Origin: Stegostoma tigrinum
Taxonomy: Eukaryota
Direction: 5' to 3'
Length of the DNA stretch: 64,000 nt
Assembly: GCF_030684315.1 (NCBI RefSeq)
Contig: NC_081395.1
Location: forward strand, 15,141,542 to 15,205,541
Each line of letters begins with the position of its first letter. Position 1 is the first letter of the stretch. Of this stretch, positions 26,084 through 40,856 are shown piece by piece. Under the pieces are notes generated by a model. That model did no database searches and had not been told where the DNA came from. It was given only the letters and a program-made list of their open reading frames with translations. A program made the translations under genes and the position numbers.

Positions 26084-27950
26084 CATGAATTGAGCTGTTA
26101 TGCACATGGCATCCAATCATTGTTTTACTTATTTTTCAGTCAACAGGATGAGATGTGATAGTTCAGTCATCCATGGCATTTTATAGCACAGTGTTTTTTT
26201 TGAGACCGTGGGATCAAATGACTAGTTAATGACATAAACCATGGAACAGCATTAGTTTATTCTCTGAGAAGCAGCTCAGGAGAGCTTGGAAAATGCTCAG
26301 AAGGGTTTAGGTTGGAAAACTTTGAAAGCATCAAAACTTTTTTGGGAATCTGCAGAGACATTTTACACTCTCTGATTTGTGAAATGTTCATGTCAGCAGA
26401 CATGGACTCATTGAATGCCTCAGAGTCAAAAATAAACTAGAAAGACTAAGGTAAGTGGAAGCCTTGAGTCGAGGTGTGTTGTAATTTCTTTGGAATGAAG
26501 GCTCTGTAATAGATAATGTTGGGAAGAATGGTTGATTATTTGTTTTGCTCTGCATTTTAAGGTTATTATAACTGTCTTCTATTTTTGGATAGCTCTGTTT
26601 GTCTTCTTTTTATTCATATTTTCTGTAATAATCTTCAGTTTTGTTCATAAATAAAAGGCAAAGTCTCCCGTGAAAATATTTCAATGAATAGGGATCACAT
26701 TGACAAACTAAAGAGATAACTTCAAAATCCATCAGGCCAGGGATCTGAATTAAAACAGAAACAGAAGTTTTACTCTTATGCTTCAACTGCAACACATCAA
26801 TTGATCTCTTATGTACCGGTGAAAACTCTCAGCTCCTTAAGATCGGACCGACACTATTATGTGAACTTTCTATTCAGTTTCCTTCTGACTCAGATTGCGC
26901 ACTTCAGAACATGACAAATTCAGAATGGAGATGTGTAACTGTCAGTATAGAACAAAACTAGAACTGGGAGTAGAATGTGAACAATCTGCAGCAAATCACC
27001 AAGATTCCTTCAACGGCATTTCTCAAGAATGGTACCCCTACTAACGAGGAGAATAAGCTTGGCGGTCACCTGTAAGTGCTGTTACCGAAACGTTTTGCTC
27101 AAAGCCACATATCAGCCTGACTTGAAACCATCAGCATGCTTACATGAACTGCACTAACCATGTACCATATTTTCAATGAATGGATAATTCACAATTGACA
27201 TTGTTTCAAAGTAAGATATGAAATACCCAAAGAAAGTACCAAGTCCTTGTATACAAATGTAAAGCTTTTAAGGGAGGGAGATAAAAGTCAAGACAACAAA
27301 ATAAAATTTTTGAAAATGTATAAAATTACATCAAGCTTGGGAAGGCAATGAATAAGAGATCAAAGAAATATGCGATAGAAGTACACCCATAATTATGGAT
27401 TATTTTAATTTACCCAATACATTAGGCAAACCAAACAATTATATTGTGTAGAGAAATTACTTGGAGTGTGCAAGAGATGGGTTTTAGACTAATACATAAA
27501 GGAACCAAATGGAGAACATATATTTCTTAGTTGTATACTGGGTGCTGTGTAATGAGAAAGGATTAATTAATCTTGTTGTGCAGGGTTCCTGGGGAAGATT
27601 GAACATAATTTGTCATTAAAATGAAGAGTGAAGAAATAAATCAGACACTTGGGTCCTGAAACTAAATAAGGGGAACAAGGAAGTATGAGGCACAAATTGG
27701 CAAGAATTAATTTTGGAACTATGCTCAAAAAGATTGACAGCTATAGCCAATGGTTAATGTTTAAATGAAGTGCATTGAAATTAGAAAAACAGAACAAAAA
27801 ATGGATAAAGTGGAATGAAATAGCATGTGTCACCCTGTTGCGTCCCTCGACAACCATTATTGGCTGGGCATAAAGAGGACAAGAGTCAAGTCTATATCAA
27901 CTAACCACTCCTTTGTTAGTTCAGTTAAAGCAGACATACAATTCACACCA

Positions 27951-28235
27951 GAGATAATGGGAACTGCAGATGCTGGAGATTCCAAGATAATAAAATGTGA
28001 GGCTGGATGAACACAGCAGGCCAAGCAGCATCTCAGGAGCACAAAAGCTGACATTTCGGGCCTAGACCCTTCATCAGAGAGGGGGATGGGGGGAGGGAAC
28101 TGGAATAAATAGGGAGAGAGGGGGAGGCGGACCGAAGATGGAGAGTAAAGAAGATAGGTGGAGAGAGTATAGGTGGGGAGGTAGGGAGGGGATAGGTCAG
28201 TCCAGGGAAGACGGACAGGTCAAGGAGGTGGGATG
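27951..28235 (-). mobile_element. 5'-truncated Penelope 3' end
   Basis: TSD attcacacca at 27941-27950 and 28236-28245; matches 424-720. Confidence 0.9.
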
Positions 28236-28329
28236 ATTCACACCATTTGGTTAGAAAAAACTTAACAGTAAACATGCAATTCATTGTTACCCATTAAACT
28301 TGATGTTCACAGAGCAATGATAGACAACA

Positions 28330-29615
28330 TGTTTTTATGCAGGGGAGGTCATGTCTTATCAACTTAATAGAATTCTTTGAGGACGTGACAAAGTTTATTG
28401 ATGAGGGAAAGGCTGTAGATGTCATAAACATGGACTTCAGTAAGACATTTGATAAGGTTCCCCGTGGCAGGCTGATAGAGAAAGTGAAGTCGCTTGGGGG
28501 CCAGGGTGTGCTAGCTAGATGAATAAAAAAACTCCTGGCTAGGCAACAGGAGACGAAAAGTAGTAGTGGAAGGGTGTTTCTCAAATTGGAGACCTGTGAC
28601 CAGTGGTATTCCACAGGGATCTGTGCTGGGACCACTGTTGTTTGTGATATACGTAAATGACTTGGAGGAAGTTGTAGGTGGTCTGATTAGCAAGTTTGCA
28701 GATGACACTAAGATTGGTGGAGTAGCAGATAATGAAGGGGACTGTCAGAGATTACAGCAGAATATAGATAGACTGGAGAGTTGGGCAGATAAATGGCAGA
28801 TGGAGTTCAATCCGGCAAATGCGAGGTGATGCATTTTGGAAGATCTAATTCAAGGGCGAACTATGCAGTAAATGGAAGAGTCCTGGGGAAAATTGATGAA
28901 CAGAGAGATCTGGGTGTTCAGGTCCATTGTTCCCTGAAGGTCGCAACGCAAGTCAATAGAGTGGTCAAGAAGGCATACGGCATACTTTCCTTCAACGGAC
29001 GAGGTATTGAGTACAAGAGTTGGTAGGTCATGTTGCAGTTGTATAGGACTTTGGTTCGGCCACATTTAGAGTACTGCGTACAGTTCTGGTCGCCACATTA
29101 CCAAAAGGATGTGGATGCTTTGGAGAGGGTGCAGAGGAGGTTCACCAGGATGTTGCCTGGTATAGATGGTGCTAGCTATGAAGAGAGGTTGGATAGATTA
29201 GGATTGTTTTCATTAGAAAGATGGAGATTGAGGGGGGACCTGATTGAGGTCTACAAAATCATGAGAGGTATAGACAAGGTGGATAGCAAGAAGCTTTTTC
29301 CCAGAGTGGGGGACTCAATTGCTAGGGTGCATGAGTTCAAAGTGAGAGGAGGAAAGTTTATGGGAGATATGTGTGGAAAGTTCTTTACGCAGAGGGTGGT
29401 GTGTGCCTGGAACGCGTTGCCAGCGGAGGTGGTAGATGCAGACATGATAGTGTCTTTTAAGATATATCTGGACAGTTGCATGGATGGGCAGGGAACAAAG
29501 GGGTACAGACCCTTGGAAAATAGATGACAGGTTTAGACAGAGGATCTCGATCGGCGCAGGCTTGGAGGGCTGAAGGGCCTGTTCCTGTGCTGTAATTTTC
29601 TTTGTTCTTTATTCT
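28330..29615 (+). mobile_element. Relatively young CR1/HER1 LINE, RT to 3' end
   Basis: GIPQGSVLGPLLFVIYVND..KFADDTK, LVRPHLEYCVQFWSP and WNALPAEVV, with few disruptions. Confidence 0.93.
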
Positions 29616-30379
29616 TAATACCCAAGAACAGAAGTTCACACTGGCCTGGTGTCTCTTCTAGGTTTTAGGGGTCTTCTCCATGCCCAAGTGCAGGGTTGAA
29701 CTTTGCAAAAGTTGCTCTATAGAGTTTTCACTCTATAGAGTTTTTCCTTATCTTCCCAAACTGTGGTGTTTTGTTCTTGTTGGATCTTCAGCTCACCCAA
29801 AAGCATTGTCTTTCTGCTACAGTCTCTCTCAAAGGACACTTTTAAGACTACCTCATTACTCTTCCATCAAGTCAGGATTTCCCCCTTTGTTATCCCTCAG
29901 AGCTGAACCAGCTCAAGCCAACTTGAGCCAGCAGCTAGGGCTCAGGTATCTTTAGTTCACAGCTACTATCTTCATGTGTGAGCAGCCTCCAGCCACATCT
30001 CCCATCTCTTGATCCAAAGATATCTATCTTAGGATCATAATTTTCCCTTCATTCTGCAAACTGCTCATAGGATCACCGTCTATCACCAGTGCTACACCCA
30101 TGTTATGTTGATACGTGTATATAAAACATTTACCTATTTTATAATACCAAAAAACTTTAACTTCTTAATTCACAACACCCCTTGTGTTTCATCAGAGCTT
30201 CAACTTTTAACTTTAATATAATTTTATTTTTCCACCTTCTGAATTGGTATGTGTTGAGTATTACAATTACCAGTGCGCACAAGTTTAATATTGTATTTGC
30301 ATGTGATAATATTCTCACCCATGGATGTATTTGAATATTTGATCCCCAATTCTAAAATTTACTCAAAAAACCGGGGTCA

Positions 30380-31270
30380 TGCAGCACCAATTTCCCCAAC
30401 GCTATTTCTTTGCAAGGACTGATTTCTTTCATTACCAACCACTCACTAAACTCAGCACTTCCAACATGTTTGGAACATTGTTTGTTTCCTCTTCTGTGAA
30501 GACAGAACCAAAGTATGTACTTAATTGGACTGGGATCGTTTTGTTCCACATCATAAATTCCCCTGTTTCTGGCTGCATGGGACCTACATTTGTCTTCACT
30601 CATAAGCTTTTTCTCTTCACATACCTTTAAAAGCTTTTCCAATCAGTTTATTTTGTCCACATAAGCATAATCCCTTAGCTATTTTCTCCCTCTTAATTAA
30701 TTCCCTTGTACTTTTTCATTGCTGAGATCTAAACTGCTCCTAATCTGCCAGGTTTTTTTGGCCAATTTGTATGCCTCATTCAAATGGTATCCCTAATTTC
30801 CCTTGTTTTTCATGGTTCAGCCTCTTTCTCCATTTTTTTTTTAATGCCAGACAGAAATGAACAATTATTGTAGTTCCTTCACTAACTGTTTAAATATTTT
30901 CCATTGCCTTTTCCACTATTATCCCTTTAAATAATGTTCCCCAATTCATCATGGCCAGATCACACCTCATACCAGTAGTTTATTTTAATTAAAGTCAGCA
31001 CCCTCATCTCAAAATCAATTATGACACTCTCCATCTTAATGACAAATTCTACATTTATTATGGCCACTCTTTTCCAAGGGACCTGGTACAACTAGATTTC
31101 AAATTATTCATTTCTCATTATACACTATACAGGTGAAGATTATCTTTTCCTCAATGTATTTATCCAGAAAACTGTCTCGTACACATTTCAAGATTTTCAC
31201 CACCACAGCATTGTTACAGATTTGTGTTGTCCAATCGATATGCAGAAGAACGTCGCCAATAATTGCAGCT
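30380..31270 (-). mobile_element. Degraded CR1 LINE (ORF2 middle)
   Basis: tcttctgtgaagacaga and related motifs; collinear with the 34100-34900 copy. Confidence 0.55.
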
Positions 31271-32544
31271 CTGCATTTATTGGTACTTACTTATAGTTTC
31301 TATACTAATAATAAAAACTTGTGATCGAATTTGTGTGTCAGTTAGAGTCTTAGTTCAACTAACACAGAGCCTTATAGAAAGATAATGGATGCAGGAAAGG
31401 TATTAATAAAAACAAAGCCATGGTTTATTTTGAATGTAGCGATTACAGAGTTTGATGCAAGAATGATGACAAAATATTCGATAGTTAATGGATTGAAGTC
31501 AAACTTTGTATTTGATATAATAGCATCTGTAATATTAACGAGATGGATTTCACAGACAAAGCCTGTGCAACGAGATTGAACTGTGAAATATTGGAATTAT
31601 TCTGAAGTTCTGAAGGATTCTGTGAAATGAAACAGAGTTAACCTTTAATATTAAGGTCCTTCACGAGAACCACTCTCACCGATTTAAAACTGTAACACTG
31701 TTTCAATCCATTAATTTCTCAAGCTTATGTGGCACAGTTAGTGACTCTCTAGCTTTTGAGCTGTGAGATTTGAATAGGAATTCAGTTCCAGAATTTGTTC
31801 ACCATAAAGCGAGTGTTTGAATGACTGAAAACGGCTTACTAGTTACCTTCCTAAACCTTTCAGTCTTTCTACAAGTATCTCAAAGAATGAAAGGAATATG
31901 AATATTCAAACTGTATAATGTAGACTGTGAATAAATTGTTTGACCTGTTGAGCATTTTCATGATTTTTGCATTCCAGGTTTTAAGTATTTGTATTGTCTA
32001 GGTTTTGCACTAATGCATTGGAAACTGGGATTGACTAGATTATCATGGACTGATTGGTGAGAAGGTTATGAGTCTAAATCAAAATTGAAAGTTTCAAGCA
32101 CAAAACATATGGCAATAGTACAGTGATGGGACATACTCAATTACTTTTGTTCTTTGCTCTATTATTTTCTTCAACTCAGAGTTGTTAAAGGCAATGGAAG
32201 ACGGAGAAACTCTACAGTTTGTCAAGGCATTAAGATATGGGTTCACAGCGAAACGCTGTTGTCTTAACGTTCTTGCTCCTAAAATAGAATTCAAAAACCC
32301 TCTTTGGACTTGCGCAGAGAGTTATGACTACCACTTCCAAGGCATAGTGGGTCTGCTATAATAATAATCATTGAGGCTGAATCAAGTGTACCAATAATAG
32401 AGGCCACATAAAAAGAGAATGGGGGCCTAATAAACTTCAGCTTGTAATTGAAATTATAAACGTAATAAATAAATGACATTTAGATTTAGTGAAGTCCACA
32501 GTGTCAAAAAATGGAACGTTGGGAGTGGGAACACTCTTACAGAC

Positions 32545-35500
32545 ATAAGACACAGAACAGCAAGGCACAGGAACAGGCCCTTTGGAAATTATGTCTGTGC
32601 CAACTATGTTGCCATTCTAAACTAACCTCATCCTCGCACACATCGTCTGTGTTCCCCAAATTGTCTGCCTGTTTATGTGTCTGTCTAAATGCCTCTTAAA
32701 CATTGATATCATTTTTGTACCTACCACCTCCTCAGGGAGCATGTTCCAGGCATCAATCACCCACTACATTAAAAATAAACCTTGCCTCTTATGCCTCTTT
32801 TAAACCTATATCCCAAGCATACCGATTATCCACCCTATCCATGCTTCTCATAATTTTATATACTTCCATCCGGTCGCTCCTCAGCCTCTATGCTCAAACA
32901 AAAACAATCCTGATCTCTCCTTACAACTAATAAATTCCAATCCAGACAGCATCCTGATAAACCTCCTCAGCAGCCTCCTCAAAGTCTCCACATCAAGCCT
33001 GTGTTGTGGACATCAGAATGCCACACTACTCCAAAGGTGGCCTAACTAAAGTCTGCAATGTGACTTGCAAACTTTTATTATCAATGACTGAATCAATGAG
33101 GGGAAACATGCCATACACTTTCTTTACCACGTTATCCATTTGTGTTACCACTTTCATGGAGTTCTGGGCTTGGAACCCAAAATCCTTCTGTATATATCAA
33201 TCCATCCTAGGCCCCTGCTATTTACTGTATACTTTCCTGTTGCATTTGACCTCCCAACATACGTCACCTCATGCTTGTCTGGATTAAATGCCCAACTTTC
33301 CAACTGATTTATATTCAACTAGATCTTTTGACGACTTTCTACAGTATCCACAACTCTACTAATGTTTGTGTCTTCTGCAAACTTCCTAACCAGACTATTT
33401 CCATTTTCATTCCAATCATTTATACATATTTTACAAACAACAGAGTTCCCAGCACTGATCTTTGTTGAACCTGATGGTCACAGACTCCAGCCAGAAAATA
33501 TCTCCTCTACAACTACACTCTATATTCTATGACTAAGCCAATTTTTTATCTAACCTGTCAACTCATGATGGATCCCATGTGACTTTATCTTCTGGGCCAG
33601 ACTACCACGGGGAACATTGTTAAAAGCTTTTGTAAAATCCATGTAGACAACATCCACAGTTTGCCACTTCCTCAAAACAACCCAATGAAATTTGTAGGGA
33701 CCAGTCTTCCTATTCATAAAGCCATGCTTTCTACCCTAATCAGTTGATTCCTCTTCAAATACGAGTTAATCCTAACCTTAAATCCTTCTCTAATGATTTC
33801 CTTTCCACTGATGTAAAGCTCAACATTATATGATTCCCTGGATCCTCCCTTTTGCCTTTGCAAACAAAGGAACAACATTGGCTATAGTCCACTCTCTTGG
33901 ACCTCAACTAAGGTTAAACAGAATAAGAAGATTTCTGTCAAGACCCCAGCAATCTCCTCCCTTGCCGCTTTCATTATCCTGACCTAGATCCCATCCAACC
34001 CTGGGGACTTGTCTACCTTAACATTTTCCAAAACACCAATACCTCCTCCTTCCTAATATCGACATGACTGAAAATATCAAAATATCCCTCCCCAATCTTA
34101 ACATAGTCCATGTCCTGTCCCTTGATGAAAACCAATTCAAATTACTCATTAAGGACTTCAACTTCCTCTGGCTCCACCCACAAATTCCCTCCTTGTCCAT
34201 GAGTGGACCTATCCTTCCCTTAGTTACCTTCTTGCACCTAACATCTGTATAAAATGCCTTGGAGTTCTCTTTAACATATATTTCATGGCCCATTAGAGCC
34301 CTCCTAACTTATTGTTTAAATTATTTTCTGCTTCCTTTATATTCCTCAGGGGTTTTGTTTGATTTAATTTCCCATACCTTCCATATCCCTCCTTTTTCTT
34401 TTTGACTAACCTTTCAATATCTCTTATCATGAAAGGTTCCCATGGCCTGCCATTCTTACCTTTATTCCTCATAGGAACATGCCAAACTTCACATCAACTG
34501 GCGTTAATAAGAATCCCACATGTCAGATGTAAATTTAACCTTAAACAGCCAACTTCAATGTAGTTGCTCCAGTTCCTGGCCAGTACTGTTGTAACTAGCC
34601 TTCCCCAAATATAGCATTTTCACTGAGGACCAGTCTCATCCTTATTCATAAGTGTCTTAGAATTTAATGAAGTATGATCACTGTTCCCAAAATGCTCCCT
34701 CACTGAAAATTTGATCCCCTGGCCATGTGCATTCCCTAATACAGAGTGAAGCTTTCTTCCCTAGTTTCACTATCTACATACTATTACAATAAACTCTGCT
34801 GAATGCAGCTCAGAAATTTTGCTGTATCTGAACCCCTGGCATTAAAGTAATTCCTGATCAATATTGGGGAAGTTAAAATCAATGTATAGGATGGCCTGAA
34901 AGGCTAAAAGGTAATGATGATTTTTGACAGCTGCATGAGAAAATATATTGTATAGAATGGCAAAATAGGCTGGGAAATTTAATGATGATACTCGACAAGC
35001 TGTATGATGTTGAATGAGTGCTGTGAACATTTCTTTATGGGCTGAGGATGACACGTGCAGCCTGTTTTTCTGTAGCAATGTTTTCTGTACCAGGCAACAG
35101 TTCTGTCTTCTGTATCTGCTGTTCTCTGTGCCGGCTGTTTGTTACTCTGTATAAGAGAGGGAGAGTTTCATTCTGAGAGTCAGACTTCACCTCAGACTGG
35201 AATTATGAAAGTTGCCAGGAATGAACCTAAGCCACTAGACCAGCCATTGGTCAAGGGGTCCGCAACGGGCAGAAAGGCATGAGATTTGTTGCGTCTTCCC
35301 TTTTCTTTCCCATTTATTATTACCACTATCATTATTTTTATTGCTCAATAAACATTCATATTTAAGCAATCCAAAAGAAATGCTTGGATACATGCTGTGA
35401 TCCAAGAAAATCACCCCCCATAACAACCCTGTTGTGTCACATCTTTCTATGAAATACTTACATATCTTACATATAACCCCATTCCTAAATTCTACACATA

Positions 35501-35590
35501 TTGTCTCTCTTAGTATGTTGCAACATCCTCCTCAATCAGTAATGCAATTCCCCCATTGGTATTCTATTCTATCCCCCCAGTGGGCTATTC
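32545..35590 (-). mobile_element. Degraded CR1 LINE, interrupted near 34883-35407
   Basis: 3' tail at about 32550; KENSKAFYTDVRCKKVTKGRIGPL fragment. Confidence 0.75.
34883..35407 (+). mobile_element. Possible solo LTR inside the CR1
   Basis: CR1 sequence aaaatca resumes on both sides. TG start, tataag near 35150, AATAAA near 35346. Confidence 0.45.
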
Positions 35591-35774
35591 TAAGAAAATG
35601 TTTTCAATGATTTTGGTGCTGTCTGAAAGAAAAAAAAGTCATTAAATCAGTAAGCTAGTGTTTTCTGGATCCAAATCTCCCTCACATGAAGTTTAAATGC
35701 TTAATGGTTTCAGTTATTATATGACCTGTTACCACATATGTTGTTTCAGACTCCTCAAAGGAAACAAATTTCTC

Positions 35775-38125
35775 CTTATTCTGAAAGAAGTTGTGGGAGT
35801 GGACAGTGTTGGCAAAACAGCCCTGGTTAACTTCTACAGTGCATCTTTTACATTGTATATGTTGCTGCTCCTAATCTTCAATGGTGGAGATGTGAATGTT
35901 TGTGGATATGATGTCAATCCACTGGGAGCTTTGTCCTGATATCTTGAAGCTGAGCTGACTATCCTCAACAATCATGTACGTAGCACTTTGTGCCAGGAAT
36001 GACTCCACCAGTGGAGAATTTCTCCCTGAGTCCCATTGACTCAGGTTTTGCTGGACTGATATCACATTTGGTCAAATGTGGCTTTCGGGAGGTCACTCAC
36101 ACCTCACCTGTGGTCTTCAACATTGATTTAAACGTATATGTTGCACTAGAAGATTTTGGAAAGGAGCATGGGAATTTTGGAAGTGCAGGCCTTCAGTGCA
36201 TTCGTTGGTATGATGTTGGGTCTCATAGCCATTGCATGATCCAATGCCTCCAACCATTTATTGATACTACATGGAGTGAATCAAGTTAGCTGAAGACACT
36301 ATGATTTAACCAAGGCTCGAATGAGACTATGAGTTGACTTACATTGACAGAGATCAAACTGAGAGTCAGTGAGCAGGTTGTTACTGAACAATTTCTGCTT
36401 AATAGTACTGTTGATGACATCTTCACTTTGAGAGAAGTCTAAAAAGTTAGTAAGTGGTTCGGTTTGATTTGTCTTGGAATGTGTACAAAGGCCAATTTTC
36501 CACATTGTTGGGTGAATACATCTGTTGTTGTTGCACCTGAAGATTTTGGAAAGGGGCATGGGAATTTTGGAAAGGCAGGCCTTCCGTGCATTTGTTGGTA
36601 TGATGTCGGATCTCATAGCCATTGCATGGTCCAATGCCTCCAACCATTTATTGATACTACATGGAGTGAATCAAGTTAGCTGAAAACAGCTATGAAAGTG
36701 GGAAGCCAAAATGAATCATCCACACCTCACTTCTGTCTGAATATTGTTGCAAATGTTACAGCCTTATTTTTTTCACTGATCTGCTTGTGTCCCCCAATAT
36801 TTGAGGGGTGGGGATGTAGTGTGATGATTGTGGAGTCTCCTTTTCCAACGAGTTGAGATGGTATTTCACCAGTCCAGGCTGAATACAGCAGCAATGAAGA
36901 ACTCAGGTCTGCTCAATCATTTGTAGAATTGCTTAGCTCTGTCTGTCACATTTTTGCTTTTCTGAATGCTAGTAGTCCTGTTTTGTGGCTTCACCAGGTT
37001 GACACCTTATTTCTGTGTATACTGGTGCTGCTCTCTGAATGTGTTCTGCACTCTTTCACCAGGCTTGGTTTCCTGCTTGATGGTAATGGCAGAGTGATGG
37101 GTTTGCTGGCCACAAGGTTACTAATTGTGGTTGAGTAAAGTTTTGCTGCTGTTGATGGTCCACAACTCCTCATTGATATCCAGTCTCATGTTAATAAATC
37201 TGTTCAAAATCTGTCCCATTTAGGGCAACTATAGTACCTCATATGATGCTTGTATTCTCAAAGTGAAGTCTGGAGTTTGCCTCAATAATGACTGCATGGT
37301 TGTTAATCTTACCAGTGTTGTCATGGACAATTGGATCTGAAGCAAACACATTGGTGAGGTTATGGTCAGGTATGTTTTCAGCTTTATTGGCTCACTCGTC
37401 ATCTCCCACAGACTGTCTAACAGCTATGTCCTCCAGCCATTGGTCAGTCTGGCCTTTTAGCACTAGTGGTGCTGCCCAGCCATTCATAATAGTAGACTAT
37501 AAAGTCCTCTATCCAGAGTGTATTTTGCATCTTTGTCATTGACAAGTTCCAGTGCTTCTTTCAATTGGTGTTGTTCATGGAAGAAGACTGATACATTTGT
37601 CGAAGGGTAGGCGTTAGTGTGAAGAAACAATAGCATAACAATCAGTAGTAGCTTCAAAATCTGCCCTCCCCCTACCGCATCCCAAAACCAGCCCAGCTCG
37701 TCCCCGCCTCCCTAACCTGTCCTTCCTCCCACCTATCCCCTCCTCCCACTTCAAGCCCCACCCCATTTCCTACCTACTAACCTCATCCCACCCCCTTGAC
37801 CTGTCCGTCCTCCCTGGACTGACCTATCCCCACCCTACCTCCCCACCTACACGCACCTTTACCGGCTCCATCCCCGCCTCTTTAACCTGTCTGTCTCCTC
37901 TCCACCTATCTGCTCCTCTATCCATCTTCTGTCTGCCTCCCCCTCTCTCCCTATTTATTTCAGAACCCTCTTCCCCTCCCCCATTTCTGATGACGGGTCT
38001 AGGCCCGAGACGCCAGCCTTCCTGCTCCTCTGAAGCTGCTTGGCCTGCTGTGTTCATCCAGCTCCACACCTTGATCTAACAATCAGTAGTTGGTTACTCT
38101 ACCAACATCCAGCCTGATGCCATGA
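35775..38125 (-). mobile_element. Degraded CR1/L2-clade LINE
   Basis: EALDHAMAMRSDIIP..HPTMWKI fragment, homologous to 10611-11033. Confidence 0.65.
37650..38076 (+). mobile_element. 5'-truncated Penelope 3' end
   Basis: TSD taacaatcagtagt at 37636-37649 and 38077-38090; reverse complement of 430-857. Confidence 0.9.
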
Positions 38126-38889
38126 GGTCATAGAGTCAGAGAGCTGTTTAGCATGGAAACAGACCCTTCAATTCAACCCCTCCATGCCAGCCAGCTTTTC
38201 TAAATTAATCAACTCCCATTTGCCAGTATTTGGCCCATATTCCCTGAACTCTTCTTATTCATCTTGATTTTTTTTCCAAATGCAATGTTCTTCTAAATAT
38301 TAGCATTATGAACTGCAAGCAGCGAGTGGTCTGAAATTAATGCGAATGTAGGTAATTTTTTCTGCTACATAAACTTGTCTTGAGTGAAATATATTAAATC
38401 GTCAATCAAGTTGCTGTTCTCTGTTCTACAAGGCTGTTCAGAATTGTTTCAGTGCCAAGGCAAAAGAATGTTAGGAAACCAATTCTTCACTTACATGTAT
38501 TTTTGCTTTAACTTAATATCTGCGCTGAATGATTTTCGAGACGTTTGTACCTACTGCTTATATTCTCAAAGTGAACCCTTGTTCTTAGTTGAAACTAACC
38601 TATAAATAACTTTGTGATCTGTTTTCCACTGTCGCCGTGTACGTTTCATTGAAACCAACGAGGAGCTTTATGTAAATAAACGCAGAAGTATAACCCTCAG
38701 AATAGATTATTAAGCGACAAAAATACAACGAATATTTCCCCAACAACACAGAACAGTAATAAAGACGAAAATGCAAATAATTTAACGGATTGCAATACGA
38801 ATTGATTTCAAGATATTTTCTCCATTATATGAAAAGACGTCTACGTTCAGATTTCGCAAATCTTCCCTCAAATCGCAAAAACATTGTAA

Positions 38890-38920
38890 CGCGCGCGCGC
38901 ACACACACACACACACACAC
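38890..38920. repeat. (CG)n(CA)n alternating purine-pyrimidine microsatellite
   Basis: cgcgcgcgcgcacacacacacacacacacac. Confidence 0.9.
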
Positions 38921-40314
38921 AAACACGCATACCTACCTGGAGGAGTTAGAAAACACGGTTTAAATGATAAGACACGGGAACATAATGGAGAAACTGACGT
39001 TAAAACAATGAAAGTATTGATGAAAAGAAGTAAAAATATGGAAATAAAATGAATATTGACTTGGGACAATCGAAATTAATTGAGAAATATTAAAGGAACA
39101 TCCAAAAGATGGGTAAAATCGAAGAAAGAGCGAGGGAATCTGAATCTTTCAAGTAATCTGTCTCTGGAATTGAATATACCACAACCCGTTAAGCATGAGC
39201 CAATCTACCGATCGGGTAATTTATAACAAGCCCATTGTACCCGAAATGGTGCAGAAACCCAAGGTTCACTCGTACTCTCATTCTTAAGGCAGTCAATTAG
39301 TGTATTGCTGCTAATTGTTAGTTTATTGTTTTGTCGACCTTTATAATGGTTTTTAAATTTTATCATGTGTATAATCAGTTTATAGCTAACAAACAACAAG
39401 TAAGTGCTTATGTAAGGTTTTCAACATCTGGTTTGAAGATATCAAGGGCGGAATGGTAGTGTATGAATGCAAAAATGACGCCTCCAAATCAGAGTATTAA
39501 AGATTCATTGGACACGGCAGCAAGGCAATTGATGAGTAGAAACATGCGCGAAAGTAGGCTGTTTTGGAATAGGATGGACTTGGCGTCGGAGCACGTTGTT
39601 TTGCAGTGATAACCTGGACTTGTTTTTGATCACCAGTCACAGAGGAATGCTTCGGGAAAATTCTCAGAAGAAGCTATTGAGCACCTAACATCAAATCCAG
39701 TACACGATCAATATCTTTCACAGTTAGTTGGATTTCACCGTCAGACTAGGTTCGCTAACACTGTCATGTCAATTGAAATAGTAGTTCAAGTCCCAGCCGT
39801 CGCTGAGAGAGTCCCCCGCAAACGAAAGGATGTAATCTGTTGAATACATCTAAAGTAGGTTAAACTAATAGATTCATCATTGGTTTATGCCTGAAATAGT
39901 TTTTGCTAAAATATTTTGTTCCAATACATCTAAAGTGGATTAATTCAATAAAACTGCTTTATGACAAAGTGGACATGTACCCTTGGACTCATTTTAATCA
40001 AACCTCAAAGAACTATTTCATCAAAACTTTAAACCCATCTCGGCCTGATGTACAGAGTCAAAGGATCTTTGCAATTTTCTAACCTGTGCTGTCGCTTCAC
40101 TTGGAATGTTTGATGGGATGCAGTAGAGGAAAATTCCAAAAAGGATAGTCTCAGTCCCTTTTCCTTGGAACACTGGAATTTGAGTGGAGATTTCAGTAAG
40201 GTCCATAAAGATATGAGGAGGCTTCGATAAAGTCATCAACTATTTCCCTAAACAAACAAGTCAATTTTCAGTGGTCATTCAGTGAACACAATTGGAAGAA
40301 TGGCTAACTGCGAG

Positions 40315-40655
40315 GGGCAGCAGTAACCTGGTGGTATTATTGCTGGACTGTTGATCCAGAAACCCAAGTGATGTTCTGTTGAGTTGGGTTCGAATCTCAA
40401 CACGGCCGCTAGCGGAATTTAAATCCAATAAATACCTGGAATTAAGCGTCTAATGGTGACATTGGATCTTTTGCTGATCGTTGAGGAATATCCCAGCTGG
40501 CACATTAATGGCCTTCAGGGAAGGAAATCTGCTATCCTTACCCGACTCCAGACCCACAGCAAGGTGGGTAACTCATAATTGTCCTCTGGGCGGTTGGGAA
40601 TGGGCAATAAATGCTGGCCTCGCCACTTATGCCCTCACCCCGTGGATGAATAAAA
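40315..40655 (+). mobile_element. Second tRNA-derived SINE family (related copy at 48255-48500)
   Basis: B box gggttcgaatc, cagggaaggaaatctg body, and a 3' tail shared with the L2/CR1-clade LINE. Confidence 0.65.
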
Positions 40656-40856
40656 ACACATTTTCACACAGAGTGTAGGGAGGATAACTAAGAAATTGCC
40701 TGAAAGTTTGGTGGAGTCAGAATACCGGAATGCATTAAAAAAAATTATGAATGTAGGCTCGAGGCACTACAGCCAACAGGAGTTTCAGGCAGAGAGCGGG
40801 GAACCGCATTTTTTTTTTGCAGTCAGCAGTTGCAGAAGGTGAAAGTTGAAATGAAA

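Noticed and set aside
25560-26795. Possible further solo LTR around the two mini-Penelope inserts
   Set aside because: LTR-like composition and an AATAAA are present, but I could not define TG..CA ends or a TSD.
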